Below are positions 8,760 through 18,383 of a DNA stretch of 32,000 nucleotides, in pieces (position 1 is the stretch's first letter; each line of letters begins with the position of its first letter). Position numbers and translations under genes: made by a program. The stretch comes from Candidatus Thorarchaeota archaeon (lineage in GTDB: Archaea; Asgardarchaeota; Thorarchaeia; Thorarchaeales; Thorarchaeaceae): the NCBI GenBank assembly GCA_008080745.1, contig SHMX01000001.1:180001-212000 (forward strand). Reading direction: 5' to 3'. The notes beneath the pieces were generated by a model that worked only from the letters and a program-made list of their open reading frames with translations, made no database searches and was not told the origin of the DNA.

Positions 8760-9563
8760 TTACTCTAAATCTTCGATGTCAACAATGCCATCTATACGTT
8801 TTGGAAATCCAAATCGCAAAAACATTATTGCAAAAAGACCTAACTGAACGAGTAGTACGATGGGAACGACAAAACCAATTCCGCCAAGAACTAATGCAAT
8901 GATCCCTTCAATCTGTCCATAACCTAGGTACTCTTGTAGAATTAAGAGTGATATGCCGAAAAAGACGGTGGTAAGTCCACCCAGCATCATTATAGTAAAT
9001 CTAACAAGGAGATATCCAAAAATTTCAGAGTATACAATTAGTCCGGTTTCAGAATCATAGTAAATTGGGTTACTACCGATTGAATTCAACCAGATTGCAG
9101 ATCCTAAAAGAAGAGCTCCAGTTACAACCGAGAGAATACCAGTTAGAAGACCTATTCCTTCGTTATAATTTCTAGATACTGCAATAAACCCAATCGAAGA
9201 ACCGAGAAAACCAATTGATAGTACAAAAAATGAATTTACTACCCACATGTAGTCTATGTTACAATAGAAATAGAATGCAACAGCCTCCCAAGTGGGTGAG
9301 AAAAATCTCGGCAGCCATCCAGATGATACAACAAGACTGAGAATTGGAAGAGTCAGCAAAATAGCAACCAAAGGGCCAATAGCGCCTATTTTGAATAAAA
9401 TGGGACTAAATGTCTGTTTACTTTCTTCCACAGTTTGTCGTGCACAGGTTTTGTGTGCAATCCAGTCATTATATCTTACAATATCAGATTTCGCAATAGA
9501 CTTCCCGCAAAAAATGCATGTCGCAGCAGTCTTTTTGTCCGAATCAACGGAGTCTTGAACCAT
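8760..9563 (-). CDS. Multi-pass membrane protein with N-terminal CxxC-x17-HxxC zinc finger
   Basis: CIFC...HKTC followed by about five to six hydrophobic segments. Confidence 0.8.
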   Translation of the reverse strand: MVQDSVDSDKKTAATCIFCGKSIAKSDIVRYNDWIAHKTCARQTVEESKQTFSPILFKIGAIGPLVAILLTLPILSLVVSSGWLPRFFSPTWEAVAFYFYCNIDYMWVVNSFFVLSIGFLGSSIGFIAVSRNYNEGIGLLTGILSVVTGALLLGSAIWLNSIGSNPIYYDSETGLIVYSEIFGYLLVRFTIMMLGGLTTVFFGISLLILQEYLGYGQIEGIIALVLGGIGFVVPIVLLVQLGLFAIMFLRFGFPKRIDGIVDIEDLE

Positions 9564-9807
9564 TTCTTTTCATCTCAGCATAAAATATGATACAATTTCA
9601 ATGCTAGTATACTATTAACCCGAACAAAGAAAAATATATGGCAAATCAATAATCAAATCATTTTCTCGATGATAACATCATAATACAGTGTCAATATTAG
9701 CTGGGTAAGAGGAGGAACATACAAGATAAGATATTCAAGAGGATAATCAAATGTATTGGAGCACATAATACTCCCGGATACAAATGTGCTCCTTTTGTTT
9801 TGAAAAG

Positions 9808-9823
9808 GGAGCGATTTCGCTCC
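9808..9823 (-). terminator. Hairpin plus U-tract after the acd/Pta-like operon
   Basis: ggagcga-tt-tcgctcc, 3 nt past the stop at 9827; followed by ctttt on the minus strand. Confidence 0.55.
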
Positions 9824-9826
9824 TCT

Positions 9827-10894
9827 CTAGATTCCAAGATGAGAAAGATTCAGGGCTTCGCCAATTATACGCTCAACCAAAGCTATCTTTTCTTTATTCT
9901 CGGGAGTAACAGTAGCAACGAGATTGTCAACAATTTGACCAGTAGTATAAGTGTCATGTGCGGTCATGATAATGGGGATACCAAGTTCTTTCGCACGAGA
10001 AACGGTTCTGATATCGGGACCCATTCCACCAGTCAGAATAAGCAGATTAGTGTCAGTCTCCATTGCTGCGAGACAGATATCACTGCGATCTCCGCTTGTG
10101 ATAACAGCCTTATGTTTAGCACGACGGAACCATTTTAGGGCGTTCTCAGGAGCCATACTGCCCACCATGAATTGATCCACAATAACTGAATCAATATGGT
10201 CTTCACCAGTGATAATCTGTCCATCTAATGCTCTGAGTATCTCTCGAACCGACGGACTGAATAGTTCACGGTTCTGATATATTGCACCACCATAATGCAT
10301 TCCATTTTCTTCAATAAATTCACGAATATGATTATGAATAGTACCCTTCAACATGGGTGGGACTAGGTTCAAAACGACGGTTATTTCCTCCACACCATAA
10401 CTCTTGAAGAATTCACGTTGAAGAAGGATATCATCAATTGCTGTTATATCGGGAAAATTGACCAAACAAATTACTGAGGCTTCTAGTTTGGTGGCTATTT
10501 GAGCAGTGGATAGACCGACATGAAGTAAATGCCACGGAGCCTTGGTTCCCTCGATAAGCATTATATCTTTTCCACTTGATAATTTAGTATAACAGGTCAT
10601 TATTTGATCAAGTAATTTATCGTGACCAGCCCGTAGGAATTCGTCATAGCTTGATTTTGTCCTTATTATGGGGCAGATGCAGGACACTTCAGATTTCAAT
10701 TCGAGAACGCTCTTCATCACAACTGCATCCTCATCCGCATCATGATCAATTGTACTATGGTCGAAACTCTTTGTTCCAACTGGTTTGAAATAACCAACTT
10801 CTTTCCCGGCAGTTCGCAACTTAGCAGCAATGCCCAATGCGATTAGTGTCTTTCCTGTGATTGTGTCGCCTGTAATCACTATGTTCTTGACCAT
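9827..10894 (-). CDS. Phosphotransacetylase-family protein (BioD-like N-terminus plus DRTGG domain)
   Basis: GDTITGKT P-loop, GYFKPVG, IEGT, ITSGDRSD and LILTGG motifs; no PTA catalytic domain. ATG 10894 follows GGAGG. Confidence 0.88.
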   Translation of the reverse strand: MVKNIVITGDTITGKTLIALGIAAKLRTAGKEVGYFKPVGTKSFDHSTIDHDADEDAVVMKSVLELKSEVSCICPIIRTKSSYDEFLRAGHDKLLDQIMTCYTKLSSGKDIMLIEGTKAPWHLLHVGLSTAQIATKLEASVICLVNFPDITAIDDILLQREFFKSYGVEEITVVLNLVPPMLKGTIHNHIREFIEENGMHYGGAIYQNRELFSPSVREILRALDGQIITGEDHIDSVIVDQFMVGSMAPENALKWFRRAKHKAVITSGDRSDICLAAMETDTNLLILTGGMGPDIRTVSRAKELGIPIIMTAHDTYTTGQIVDNLVATVTPENKEKIALVERIIGEALNLSHLGI

Positions 10895-10895
10895 T

Positions 10896-13013
10896 CTAGC
10901 TGCCTCCAATGGTAATCTTTACATCTACCGCGGAAATACCCTTTCCTTTCTCATAAGCAAAACATGGGTTGATATCTAATTCCACTATTTCCTCAAAATC
11001 TGTGACCAACTGGCTTATCCGAAGAATAGTATCTTCAATTGCTTTGATATCACTCGGTGGTTCTCCACGTACCCCTTTCAGAAGGGTGCCCATCTTAGTA
11101 TCATCAATCAACTCTTGGACATCCGTCCGTGTCATTGGTGCTAATCTAAAGGATATGTCTTTTAGATAATTAACAAAGATACCCCCTGCACCAAACATAA
11201 TCATAGGACCGAACTGAATATCTCTAGAACAGCCAATAATGACTTCTTTACCCTTCTCAGCCATTTCTTGCACATCGACACCATAAACAATTGCTTTAGG
11301 TCTGTGAGTCTGGGCATTTTCCAATATCTCAAGAAATGCTTGTTCGACCTCCTCCGGTGTCTCAAGGCCTATTCGAATACCCCCAATATCGCTCTTATGT
11401 ACAATATCGGGACTAGCAATCTTCAGAACTACCGGATATCCTAGCTCATTAGCAAGATCCACTGCCTCTTCTGAACTAGTTGCTAATCGAATCTTGGCAA
11501 CCTGAATTCCATATGCCTCAGCTATAGCATGAGCCTCACTACCAAGAAGAACAGTACGGTTATCTTCACGTACCTTCTCAATGATTTCTGCAACTTCCTT
11601 CTTCTTCACTCTAAACTTGGGGATGGTTTCGTCTTTCAAACTATCTCGATGTACCGTGTATTTGTACAACTCCGCTAAAGCATAGACCGCTCGTTCTGGA
11701 AAGTCGAAAACTGGAATATCACCCTCATTAAGAACAATGCGAGGATACACCATGGAGTTTCCACCCATAAATACAGCAACAAGAGGTTTTCCCGGGAATT
11801 TTTTGTGCGATTCCACTAGTATTTGGGCTGTGCCAGTCTCATCGGTCATAGCTTGGGGAGTAACCAATACAATGACGGAATCTACATTCTCATCAGCAAG
11901 TGCAGTCTCGACACATAGTTCGTAGTCCTCAGGTTGTGCGGTTCCTAGTGCGTCAATTGGATTATAGACCGCTGCCGCGGGGGGAAGTCCCTCTTTTAGA
12001 ACTTCAATTGATTGTGGAGTAAGCTTTGCAATCTCAAGGCCATTGGATTCACAGGCATCTGTGGTAAGAATACCAGGACCACCAGCATTAGTAACAATGG
12101 CAACACGATTACCTGCTGGAAGATGCATATCATCAAAGACATTAGCTACATCGAATAGATTAGCCATACTTTCTGCTCTGCTCACTCCCGATTGTTTAAA
12201 TGCCACGTCATATGCAGTATCACTTCCAGCTAAAGAACCAGTATGAGATGAAGCTGCTCTTGCTCCAGCTTCACTAACACCCGATTTCACCACGAAGATG
12301 GGCTTTTTCGGTACAACCTTTTTGCACGCCTCCATGAATTTTCGACCATCTACAACAGATTCAATGTAAAGTAGAATGAACGTTGAATCAGGGTCGCTCC
12401 CAAATGCCTCAATGAAATCGGCCTCATCCAAATCTGCCTTATTTCCAAGGCTGACAAACTTCGAGAAACCGATCTTTTCCATGAGGCTCCAGTCAAGGAT
12501 TCCTGTCATCAGAGCTCCTGATTGAGATGCAAAGGCGATGGTACCCTTTGAGGGGGTTCCAGCTGAAAAGGATGCATTATAGGGAGCACTGGTATTGATA
12601 ATTCCAAGACAATTAGGTCCTTGAATGACCATATCATATTTCTTTGCAAGTTCTACCAGTTTCTTTTCTGCTTCTTGTCCCTCATGTCCAATTTCTTTGA
12701 AGCCAGCGGTTATGATAACAAGAGCCTTAACTCCTTTTTCGCCACACTCTTCAACAACAGGAAGAACAAATCTAGCGGGAATGACAATAACTGCAACATC
12801 AACATCTCCAGCTATATCTCCAACTTTACGGTAGACCTTCAAACCAAGAATTTCTCCACCCTTTGGATTTATGGGGTATATCCTTCCTTGAAAGCCACTC
12901 TCAATTAGGTTTCTCAGAACATCATTTCCTAGTTTACCTTTAGTTTCCGAGGCACCGATTACTGCGATTGAACGCGGATTGAATAAAACATCGATTAGTT
13001 CTTGGCGGTCCAT
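10896..13013 (-). CDS. acd: Acetate--CoA ligase (ADP-forming), fused alpha-beta
   Basis: LFNPRSIAVIGAS CoA-binding domain, QGPNCLG, ASSHTGSLAG (phospho-His), TNAGGPG, and a C-terminal ATP-grasp (GYPVVLKIASPDIVHKSDIGG, ELDINP). Confidence 0.95.
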   Translation of the reverse strand: MDRQELIDVLFNPRSIAVIGASETKGKLGNDVLRNLIESGFQGRIYPINPKGGEILGLKVYRKVGDIAGDVDVAVIVIPARFVLPVVEECGEKGVKALVIITAGFKEIGHEGQEAEKKLVELAKKYDMVIQGPNCLGIINTSAPYNASFSAGTPSKGTIAFASQSGALMTGILDWSLMEKIGFSKFVSLGNKADLDEADFIEAFGSDPDSTFILLYIESVVDGRKFMEACKKVVPKKPIFVVKSGVSEAGARAASSHTGSLAGSDTAYDVAFKQSGVSRAESMANLFDVANVFDDMHLPAGNRVAIVTNAGGPGILTTDACESNGLEIAKLTPQSIEVLKEGLPPAAAVYNPIDALGTAQPEDYELCVETALADENVDSVIVLVTPQAMTDETGTAQILVESHKKFPGKPLVAVFMGGNSMVYPRIVLNEGDIPVFDFPERAVYALAELYKYTVHRDSLKDETIPKFRVKKKEVAEIIEKVREDNRTVLLGSEAHAIAEAYGIQVAKIRLATSSEEAVDLANELGYPVVLKIASPDIVHKSDIGGIRIGLETPEEVEQAFLEILENAQTHRPKAIVYGVDVQEMAEKGKEVIIGCSRDIQFGPMIMFGAGGIFVNYLKDISFRLAPMTRTDVQELIDDTKMGTLLKGVRGEPPSDIKAIEDTILRISQLVTDFEEIVELDINPCFAYEKGKGISAVDVKITIGGS

Positions 13014-13245
13014 CTGCTATAACTCCATCCCAAGAGTCTTCACGTTCATTCGAATTCATACTTTGTTATAATTGCTATGCTAATGGCTAATATGAAAGAG
13101 AATTGTTGGAAAAATTCGAGCTTCTTAATATAACCGAGTAATACTAGGTATCAAATTTACGTATGACCCAGAGAATATCTAGCGAATATGGACGTATCTT
13201 ACCAAAAATACAGGGGTAAGATAACAAATTTGCGGAGAGGAAAAA

Positions 13246-13386
13246 ATGAAACTTGTAACACTACACTGCCCATCACAATATCTGGAGGGTTTAGAGAAGC
13301 TTGTTGAGAGTGGCCTCTATCCTAACAGATCTGAGGCTATTCGAATTGCAATTCGAGACCTATTGAAGAGAGAATTATGGGGTTAA
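13246..13386 (+). CDS. Ribbon-helix-helix (CopG/CdrS-like) transcription regulator, 46 aa, not in ORF track
   Basis: My translation: MKLVTLHCPSQYLEGLEKLVESGLYPNRSEAIRIAIRDLLKRELWG*. GGAGAGG SD upstream; the G-x-[YF]PNRSEAIR motif is typical of this archaeal RHH family. Confidence 0.92.
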   Translation: MKLVTLHCPSQYLEGLEKLVESGLYPNRSEAIRIAIRDLLKRELWG

Positions 13387-13402
13387 AGGCATTTTTTGCC
13401 TT
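13386..13402 (+). terminator. Hairpin at the RHH stop codon
   Basis: aaggca-ttttt-tgcctt starting at the last base of the TAA; T-rich sequence follows. Confidence 0.4.
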
Positions 13403-13498
13403 CCCCATTTGTCTTTTCATATTAACGGCCAAGGAAGTTTAATATTCATTCATATCAGCTCTGATTCTTAGAGAGGATGAAAACCCTCCAATTGTGCA

Positions 13499-14491
13499 TT
13501 GAGGACAGACATAAAAGCAGAGGTTTCCGATTTGAAAGTGGGTTCGTCCCTTATGGCATCAATGGATGATGACGACAAGGGATTAGTGAAAGGTTGTCCA
13601 TGCTACAAAGAATTTGGGAAGGACCAAGTTTGCGTGAACAACGACGATGTCCAACCAGTTAGTACTATAATTGTAGACCCTACATTTTTCCCAGCTGATT
13701 CCGTTGAAGATCTTGAGGAATTTAAAAGCGATAACGAGAGCATGTGTTATCTTTTGATTTATTTAGACGATACATCAGACACTGCTTATTGTGTTAGTCA
13801 GGGAAAACGAATCAAGATCAACAATCGGCCTGTACGAGCATCGGACATTCGAGAAGCACTTCAATTTGTGACAGCAACCGAAAAGGCAGGTTCAGGTGTC
13901 ATATGCTCCACTTGTCTCTACAAGTACCTTGTGACTATGGGAGATGTGTTCGAGGACCTTCTTAATGAAACAGAAAGAGCCAAAGTAATTTCGGAATATA
14001 TACAGAAAATTGCAGCCAAAATGGCGGTAGATATGACGAATGCTACTGAAGAGCAAATGGCTGATAAAGAAAGCTATAATCAACATCTAAAAGAATACAT
14101 CAAACAACTCATAAACATCAGAAGTGAATGGTCTTCACTAATATTTCTATATCAGAAAAAGGATACGAATCAAGACCTTCTAGATCTAATGGAACAGTAT
14201 CGTACTTTATCCCGTCTTGAGGGTATTTTTCTATTCCAAGTCCTTACTTTGCGAGATGCTACTGATGAGCTTGTAGCATTAGGCCTATTACGATTCATGA
14301 TTGAAGTTGCAGAAAAGGTAGTAAAGGTTATTGATGATATTAGAGATGGACATTTGAAAATCCAGCCGCTAAAGAAAATACCAACAGATATCAAAGAGAT
14401 GCTGAAGGAAGAGAATAGCCGAAGAATGACAATAGAACAGAGATTTACTAATGTTCTAAAAGTATTGAGCCAAGTAGATGTTGGAGCCTAA
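13499..14491 (+). CDS. Unknown protein with Cys-rich N-domain and helical C-domain, tandem paralog 1
   Basis: Shares GCPC, CVN, CY, YCxSQG and ICSxCLYK with the next ORF. Start uncertain (TTG 13499 or ATG 13553). Confidence 0.85.
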   Translation: MRTDIKAEVSDLKVGSSLMASMDDDDKGLVKGCPCYKEFGKDQVCVNNDDVQPVSTIIVDPTFFPADSVEDLEEFKSDNESMCYLLIYLDDTSDTAYCVSQGKRIKINNRPVRASDIREALQFVTATEKAGSGVICSTCLYKYLVTMGDVFEDLLNETERAKVISEYIQKIAAKMAVDMTNATEEQMADKESYNQHLKEYIKQLINIRSEWSSLIFLYQKKDTNQDLLDLMEQYRTLSRLEGIFLFQVLTLRDATDELVALGLLRFMIEVAEKVVKVIDDIRDGHLKIQPLKKIPTDIKEMLKEENSRRMTIEQRFTNVLKVLSQVDVGA

Positions 14492-14556
14492 AAATCAACA
14501 ATAAGAACACCTATTAGAATTAGTATCCATTTTGAAATTGATTAGTTAATGGGGCA

Positions 14557-15534
14557 GTGCCAATCTTGTTAGAAAGCCAAAAATCCACAGAACAGCAAGG
14601 TGAAATCAGACTTGTAAGAGGGTGCCCTTGCTTCAAGGTTTTTGGCGATGAGAAACTATGTGTCAATGATGATGAGATATTAGAAGTAGATGCGATTGAA
14701 GTTCATCCATCTCTCTTTGCATTTCACTCCAATCGTGAAGGGATGAAACAAGAGATGGCAAAAGAGGATAATGTATGCTATTGTGCCATATATATCAACT
14801 ACCCAGATAACAAAGTCTATTGTATATCCCAAGGATGGGTGCTAAGAATTCATGGAAAGGATGTTCCTGGAACAGACTTAGAAGATGCGCTCCAATTTCT
14901 ATCGACAAAAGACATGGATGCTAGTGCTGAAATCTGCTCTGAATGTCTCTATAAATTTCTCCTCACACTAAGTGACATATTTGCTGACATGATGAGTAAG
15001 AAAGAAAAGACGGATGAGATTAAGCGTTATGTAGATAAATTCTCCCTCATGATTGCAGTTAAGCACAGTCAGATGGAGGGCATGAAACCTATTGGTACTG
15101 AAGATGACATAGAAGAGGGTGTTGATCATTTTGGTTTTCTTAGAGAATATCTAGTCCAATTAATAAATCAACAGAAAGCATGGTCTCAGCGTGCGGAAAA
15201 TACTGATGACACGGATATAGGAGAATGGAAACAAAAACTCTTCAAGATGCGAGAGAAACTTGCTCGGTTGGAATTCCAATTCTACAGTCAGACCCTACAA
15301 TTACGTGATATCAATGATTTCCACCTTCTCATCAAAATGCTGGAGTATATCCTTCATTCATCTGATGAGATACTAAATCTGAATGAAGAAATTCACTCTG
15401 AAATAAGAAGTAAGCAATTTCAGGAACTTGTCGATGATGATGAACAGCTTGCTTCCTTGTCTGAGTATGCAGAGAAGAGCCGAACTGTTGAACATAATTT
15501 TGGAAACATTCTTCAAATTCTCAGCCGACTCTAA
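14557..15534 (+). CDS. Unknown protein with Cys-rich N-domain and helical C-domain, tandem paralog 2
   Basis: Same seven Cys positions and ALQF motif as 13499..14491; similar length. Confidence 0.85.
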   Translation: MPILLESQKSTEQQGEIRLVRGCPCFKVFGDEKLCVNDDEILEVDAIEVHPSLFAFHSNREGMKQEMAKEDNVCYCAIYINYPDNKVYCISQGWVLRIHGKDVPGTDLEDALQFLSTKDMDASAEICSECLYKFLLTLSDIFADMMSKKEKTDEIKRYVDKFSLMIAVKHSQMEGMKPIGTEDDIEEGVDHFGFLREYLVQLINQQKAWSQRAENTDDTDIGEWKQKLFKMREKLARLEFQFYSQTLQLRDINDFHLLIKMLEYILHSSDEILNLNEEIHSEIRSKQFQELVDDDEQLASLSEYAEKSRTVEHNFGNILQILSRL

Positions 15535-15539
15535 TTTTT

Positions 15540-16499
15540 CTAAGAAACGTCACCAAATTCGGACACTAACCATTTCACATACTTACGAATACCATCTTCC
15601 AATTTCGTAGAGGACTTCCATCCAAAGGATTTGAGTAATGAAATGTCAATATCAGTAATGGTAACGTCGCCTTTCCAACCACGTTTTGTTCCGGTATACT
15701 CAATTTTTGCATCCGGAAGGCCAAGGCTATCTGTGACAAGCTCTGCAATTCTTTTCACAGTCAAACGTTCACCAGAACCCACATTAACAGGTGTATAACC
15801 AGATTTCATTTTTTGGTCCAGTAAACAAACAGCATCTACCGTATCCTCTACGTACATGTATGCCTTCTCCTGTGTTCCATCTCCCAACACCTCCAATCTG
15901 GTAGAGTCTCTTTTCAATTTCATATAGAAATCGTATATTACTCCATGAGTGGATCGTGGACCAATGATGTTGGCAAAACGGCAGCTTATCGCATGAATGT
16001 CATACAATTCTGTAAATGAAGAGAGATACATTTCAAAGGCACCCTTAGCCGCTCCATAGTTGCTGATGGGCCGGAAAGCAACAGATTCAGGGGTGGGAAA
16101 TATATCAGTTTCACCATAAACTGTTCCACCCGATGATGCAAAAAGTATGCGCTTTACATCATTTCTTCTCATACAATCGAGGAGATTCATGCTTCCGGAA
16201 ACATTGATTTCAAAATCCCAAATCGGTCGATCCACACTTAGACGCACATCAGGTTGAGCAGCAAAATGAAATACTGTAGAAACATCATCAAGTGCCCTTG
16301 TAACATCCGTATCAGAGGTGATTGATCCCTCGATGAAAGTGAATCTATCATTGTCTTTGTGAGCATCTATGTTTTCTAGTCTTCCCTCAGAAAGATCGTC
16401 CAAAACTACAACTTCATTTTCTTCTATCAGTCGGTCAACTAGATGGCTACCAATGAAACCAGCGCCTCCAGTTACAAGTACTCTTCTCATTTGAACCAT
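15540..16499 (-). CDS. NAD-dependent NDP-sugar epimerase/dehydratase (GalE-like extended SDR)
   Basis: VTGGAGFIGSH, HFAA, ASSGGTVYG, YGAAK catalytic motif, RFANIIGP, GWKGDV. Confidence 0.93.
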   Translation of the reverse strand: MVQMRRVLVTGGAGFIGSHLVDRLIEENEVVVLDDLSEGRLENIDAHKDNDRFTFIEGSITSDTDVTRALDDVSTVFHFAAQPDVRLSVDRPIWDFEINVSGSMNLLDCMRRNDVKRILFASSGGTVYGETDIFPTPESVAFRPISNYGAAKGAFEMYLSSFTELYDIHAISCRFANIIGPRSTHGVIYDFYMKLKRDSTRLEVLGDGTQEKAYMYVEDTVDAVCLLDQKMKSGYTPVNVGSGERLTVKRIAELVTDSLGLPDAKIEYTGTKRGWKGDVTITDIDISLLKSFGWKSSTKLEDGIRKYVKWLVSEFGDVS

Positions 16500-16532
16500 G
16501 TCAAGGGAACCAGAGAAAGCGAATAAGTCTTA

Positions 16533-17144
16533 CTAGGCATAGAATACAGGTGATTCTAGAATTGATTTTATGAATAGTCTAACAGTGTGTCGTTTATTGA
16601 TGCTATTCCAATCCTTGACAAAATCAGTGTATATGCTCAGGTTCTCTAATACTTCAGTTCCCACTGCCTCAAGATATGATTTTTTCACTGCATTCCCCAA
16701 TCCAATACCAGGGCAGATATCCTTCATTGCATTCAGACCCCAAACCAGTTCTCCTGACTTTCTTTGAAAAGAAAAGGGAAATGAAGCACAGACTGCAGGT
16801 CTGACGGGGTGAATCATGCATTTGTTATCCTTTAGAAAAATACAAGATCCGTCCTCCATTTTTTTCAAAGCCATGTAGGCAGGACCCTTCTCTGTTGTTA
16901 CAAGCGGAAAGTCCCTCATGCCTTCAGGAGTAGCACGGTCCCCTTTAAGTAGATAAAAATCGAGAGCTTTTAGAATCTCATCGGGGCCGAAATCTAATAC
17001 TCTTGCAATCCTTACAATATCCGTGCCAGTTACAGTAATGACCAAATTTTCTACTTTACAACATCGACCACACATGATACATTCAAAATGTAAATCCACA
17101 GAATCGGAATTTTTGGAATCACCAGCTGTCAGAAAAATCACCAT
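16533..17144 (-). CDS. YkgJ/FliB-family cysteine cluster protein
   Basis: FECIMCGRCC, CIFL, CMIHPVRPAVCASFPF, CPGIG; ATG overlaps the upstream TAA (TAATG). Confidence 0.9.
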   Translation of the reverse strand: MVIFLTAGDSKNSDSVDLHFECIMCGRCCKVENLVITVTGTDIVRIARVLDFGPDEILKALDFYLLKGDRATPEGMRDFPLVTTEKGPAYMALKKMEDGSCIFLKDNKCMIHPVRPAVCASFPFSFQRKSGELVWGLNAMKDICPGIGLGNAVKKSYLEAVGTEVLENLSIYTDFVKDWNSINKRHTVRLFIKSILESPVFYA

Positions 17145-18310
17145 TATCTAAGAGTCTGACAATATTTTTTCAAGTGAGAAAGGCCTTCCTCTATAATATC
17201 AATAGATGTAGCATAAGAGAATCGGAGATTGTAATCAAAATGCTCACCAAATATTTTTCCTGGTGTGCAGGTCACACCAGTATCTTGTAAAATCTGCTCA
17301 GCTAACTCTTCTGATGGGATTCCGTAGGCAGAAAAATCAGGAAATACGTAGAAGGCACCCATTGGGTTTACACATGTTACATCTGGAATAGAACAGAAAA
17401 TTTCAGTAATCCTGTTTCTTCTCTCTTGATATGATGCCCTCATCTCATCAATGAAGCTTTGGTCGCCTTTTAGAGCCTCTACACCAGCATATTGGACAAA
17501 GGAAGTTGCACAGGATGTGGTATTTTGTTGAATTCGAACCATATTACTAATAGTTTCAGGATTACCAACAGCATATCCCAGACGCCATCCTGTCATTGCA
17601 TAGGCTTTGGAGAACCCATTAATCACAAGGGTCCGTTCCATTGCAGGGTCGATTTCCAACATGGATATCTGCTTAAAACCTTCATACACAAGAGACTCGT
17701 ATATCTCATCACTGAATATCACGAAATCATGATCACTGGCTAAATCAAAGATGATTTTCAAATCCTCACGGGATAATACCCCGCCCGTTGGATTATTAGG
17801 ACTGTTAATCACTATACAGGTAGTCTTGCTAGTGATTTTCTCCTTGATTGCTTCTTCATTTATGGTATAACGTGAATCAGTTACCACATCAATAGGTTTT
17901 CCACCAGCATGCTCAATCATGACTCTATAGCTGGGCCATGCAGGTGTTAGAAGCATTACGTCGTCTCCTTTGTCTATAGTAGATAAAAAGCCCATGAACA
18001 ATGCCATTTTTGCTCCAGGCGTTACGATTACATTCTTTCTACCAGACACACCGATACCTCTAGCCGCGTACAAATCACGAATTGCGTCAAGTATTGGATT
18101 AATTCCTCTGGCTGAAACATAACGAGTAAGACCACCATGAAGTGCTTCTACTGCAGCTTCAACAATATTGGGAGGAGTTGGAAAATCGGGTTGTCCAACT
18201 TCAAAATGGTATATCTTGCGTCCTTCAGATTCAAGACGACTTGCTAGCTCAAATATCTTGAGTGTGCCAGAGGCAGGGATTCTGCGCATGTGATGAGATG
18301 TCCAGTCCAT
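17144..18310 (-). CDS. PLP-dependent aminotransferase class I/II (aspartate aminotransferase-like)
   Basis: VGQPDF, NSPNNPTG, SDEIYE, NGFSKAYAMTGWRLGY (PLP Lys), LRFSY. ATG 18310 follows GGTGG. Confidence 0.95.
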   Translation of the reverse strand: MDWTSHHMRRIPASGTLKIFELASRLESEGRKIYHFEVGQPDFPTPPNIVEAAVEALHGGLTRYVSARGINPILDAIRDLYAARGIGVSGRKNVIVTPGAKMALFMGFLSTIDKGDDVMLLTPAWPSYRVMIEHAGGKPIDVVTDSRYTINEEAIKEKITSKTTCIVINSPNNPTGGVLSREDLKIIFDLASDHDFVIFSDEIYESLVYEGFKQISMLEIDPAMERTLVINGFSKAYAMTGWRLGYAVGNPETISNMVRIQQNTTSCATSFVQYAGVEALKGDQSFIDEMRASYQERRNRITEIFCSIPDVTCVNPMGAFYVFPDFSAYGIPSEELAEQILQDTGVTCTPGKIFGEHFDYNLRFSYATSIDIIEEGLSHLKKYCQTLR

Positions 18311-18383
18311 GGGAGTACCACCTAGATGCCGAACAATATCAATCCAATTACAATGAACATAAATTGTTTGTGGATATGTCATA

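Noticed and set aside
8678-8902. 74-aa ORF and the palindrome aggggcccct (8730-8739)
   Set aside because: The ORF overlaps the 3' end of the membrane-protein gene and the nitroreductase promoter; the 10-bp palindrome is too short to support alone.
9758-9792. Hairpin considered as a SECIS element
   Set aside because: Lacks the AUGA/GA core and apical AA motif, and neither flanking gene has an in-frame TGA.
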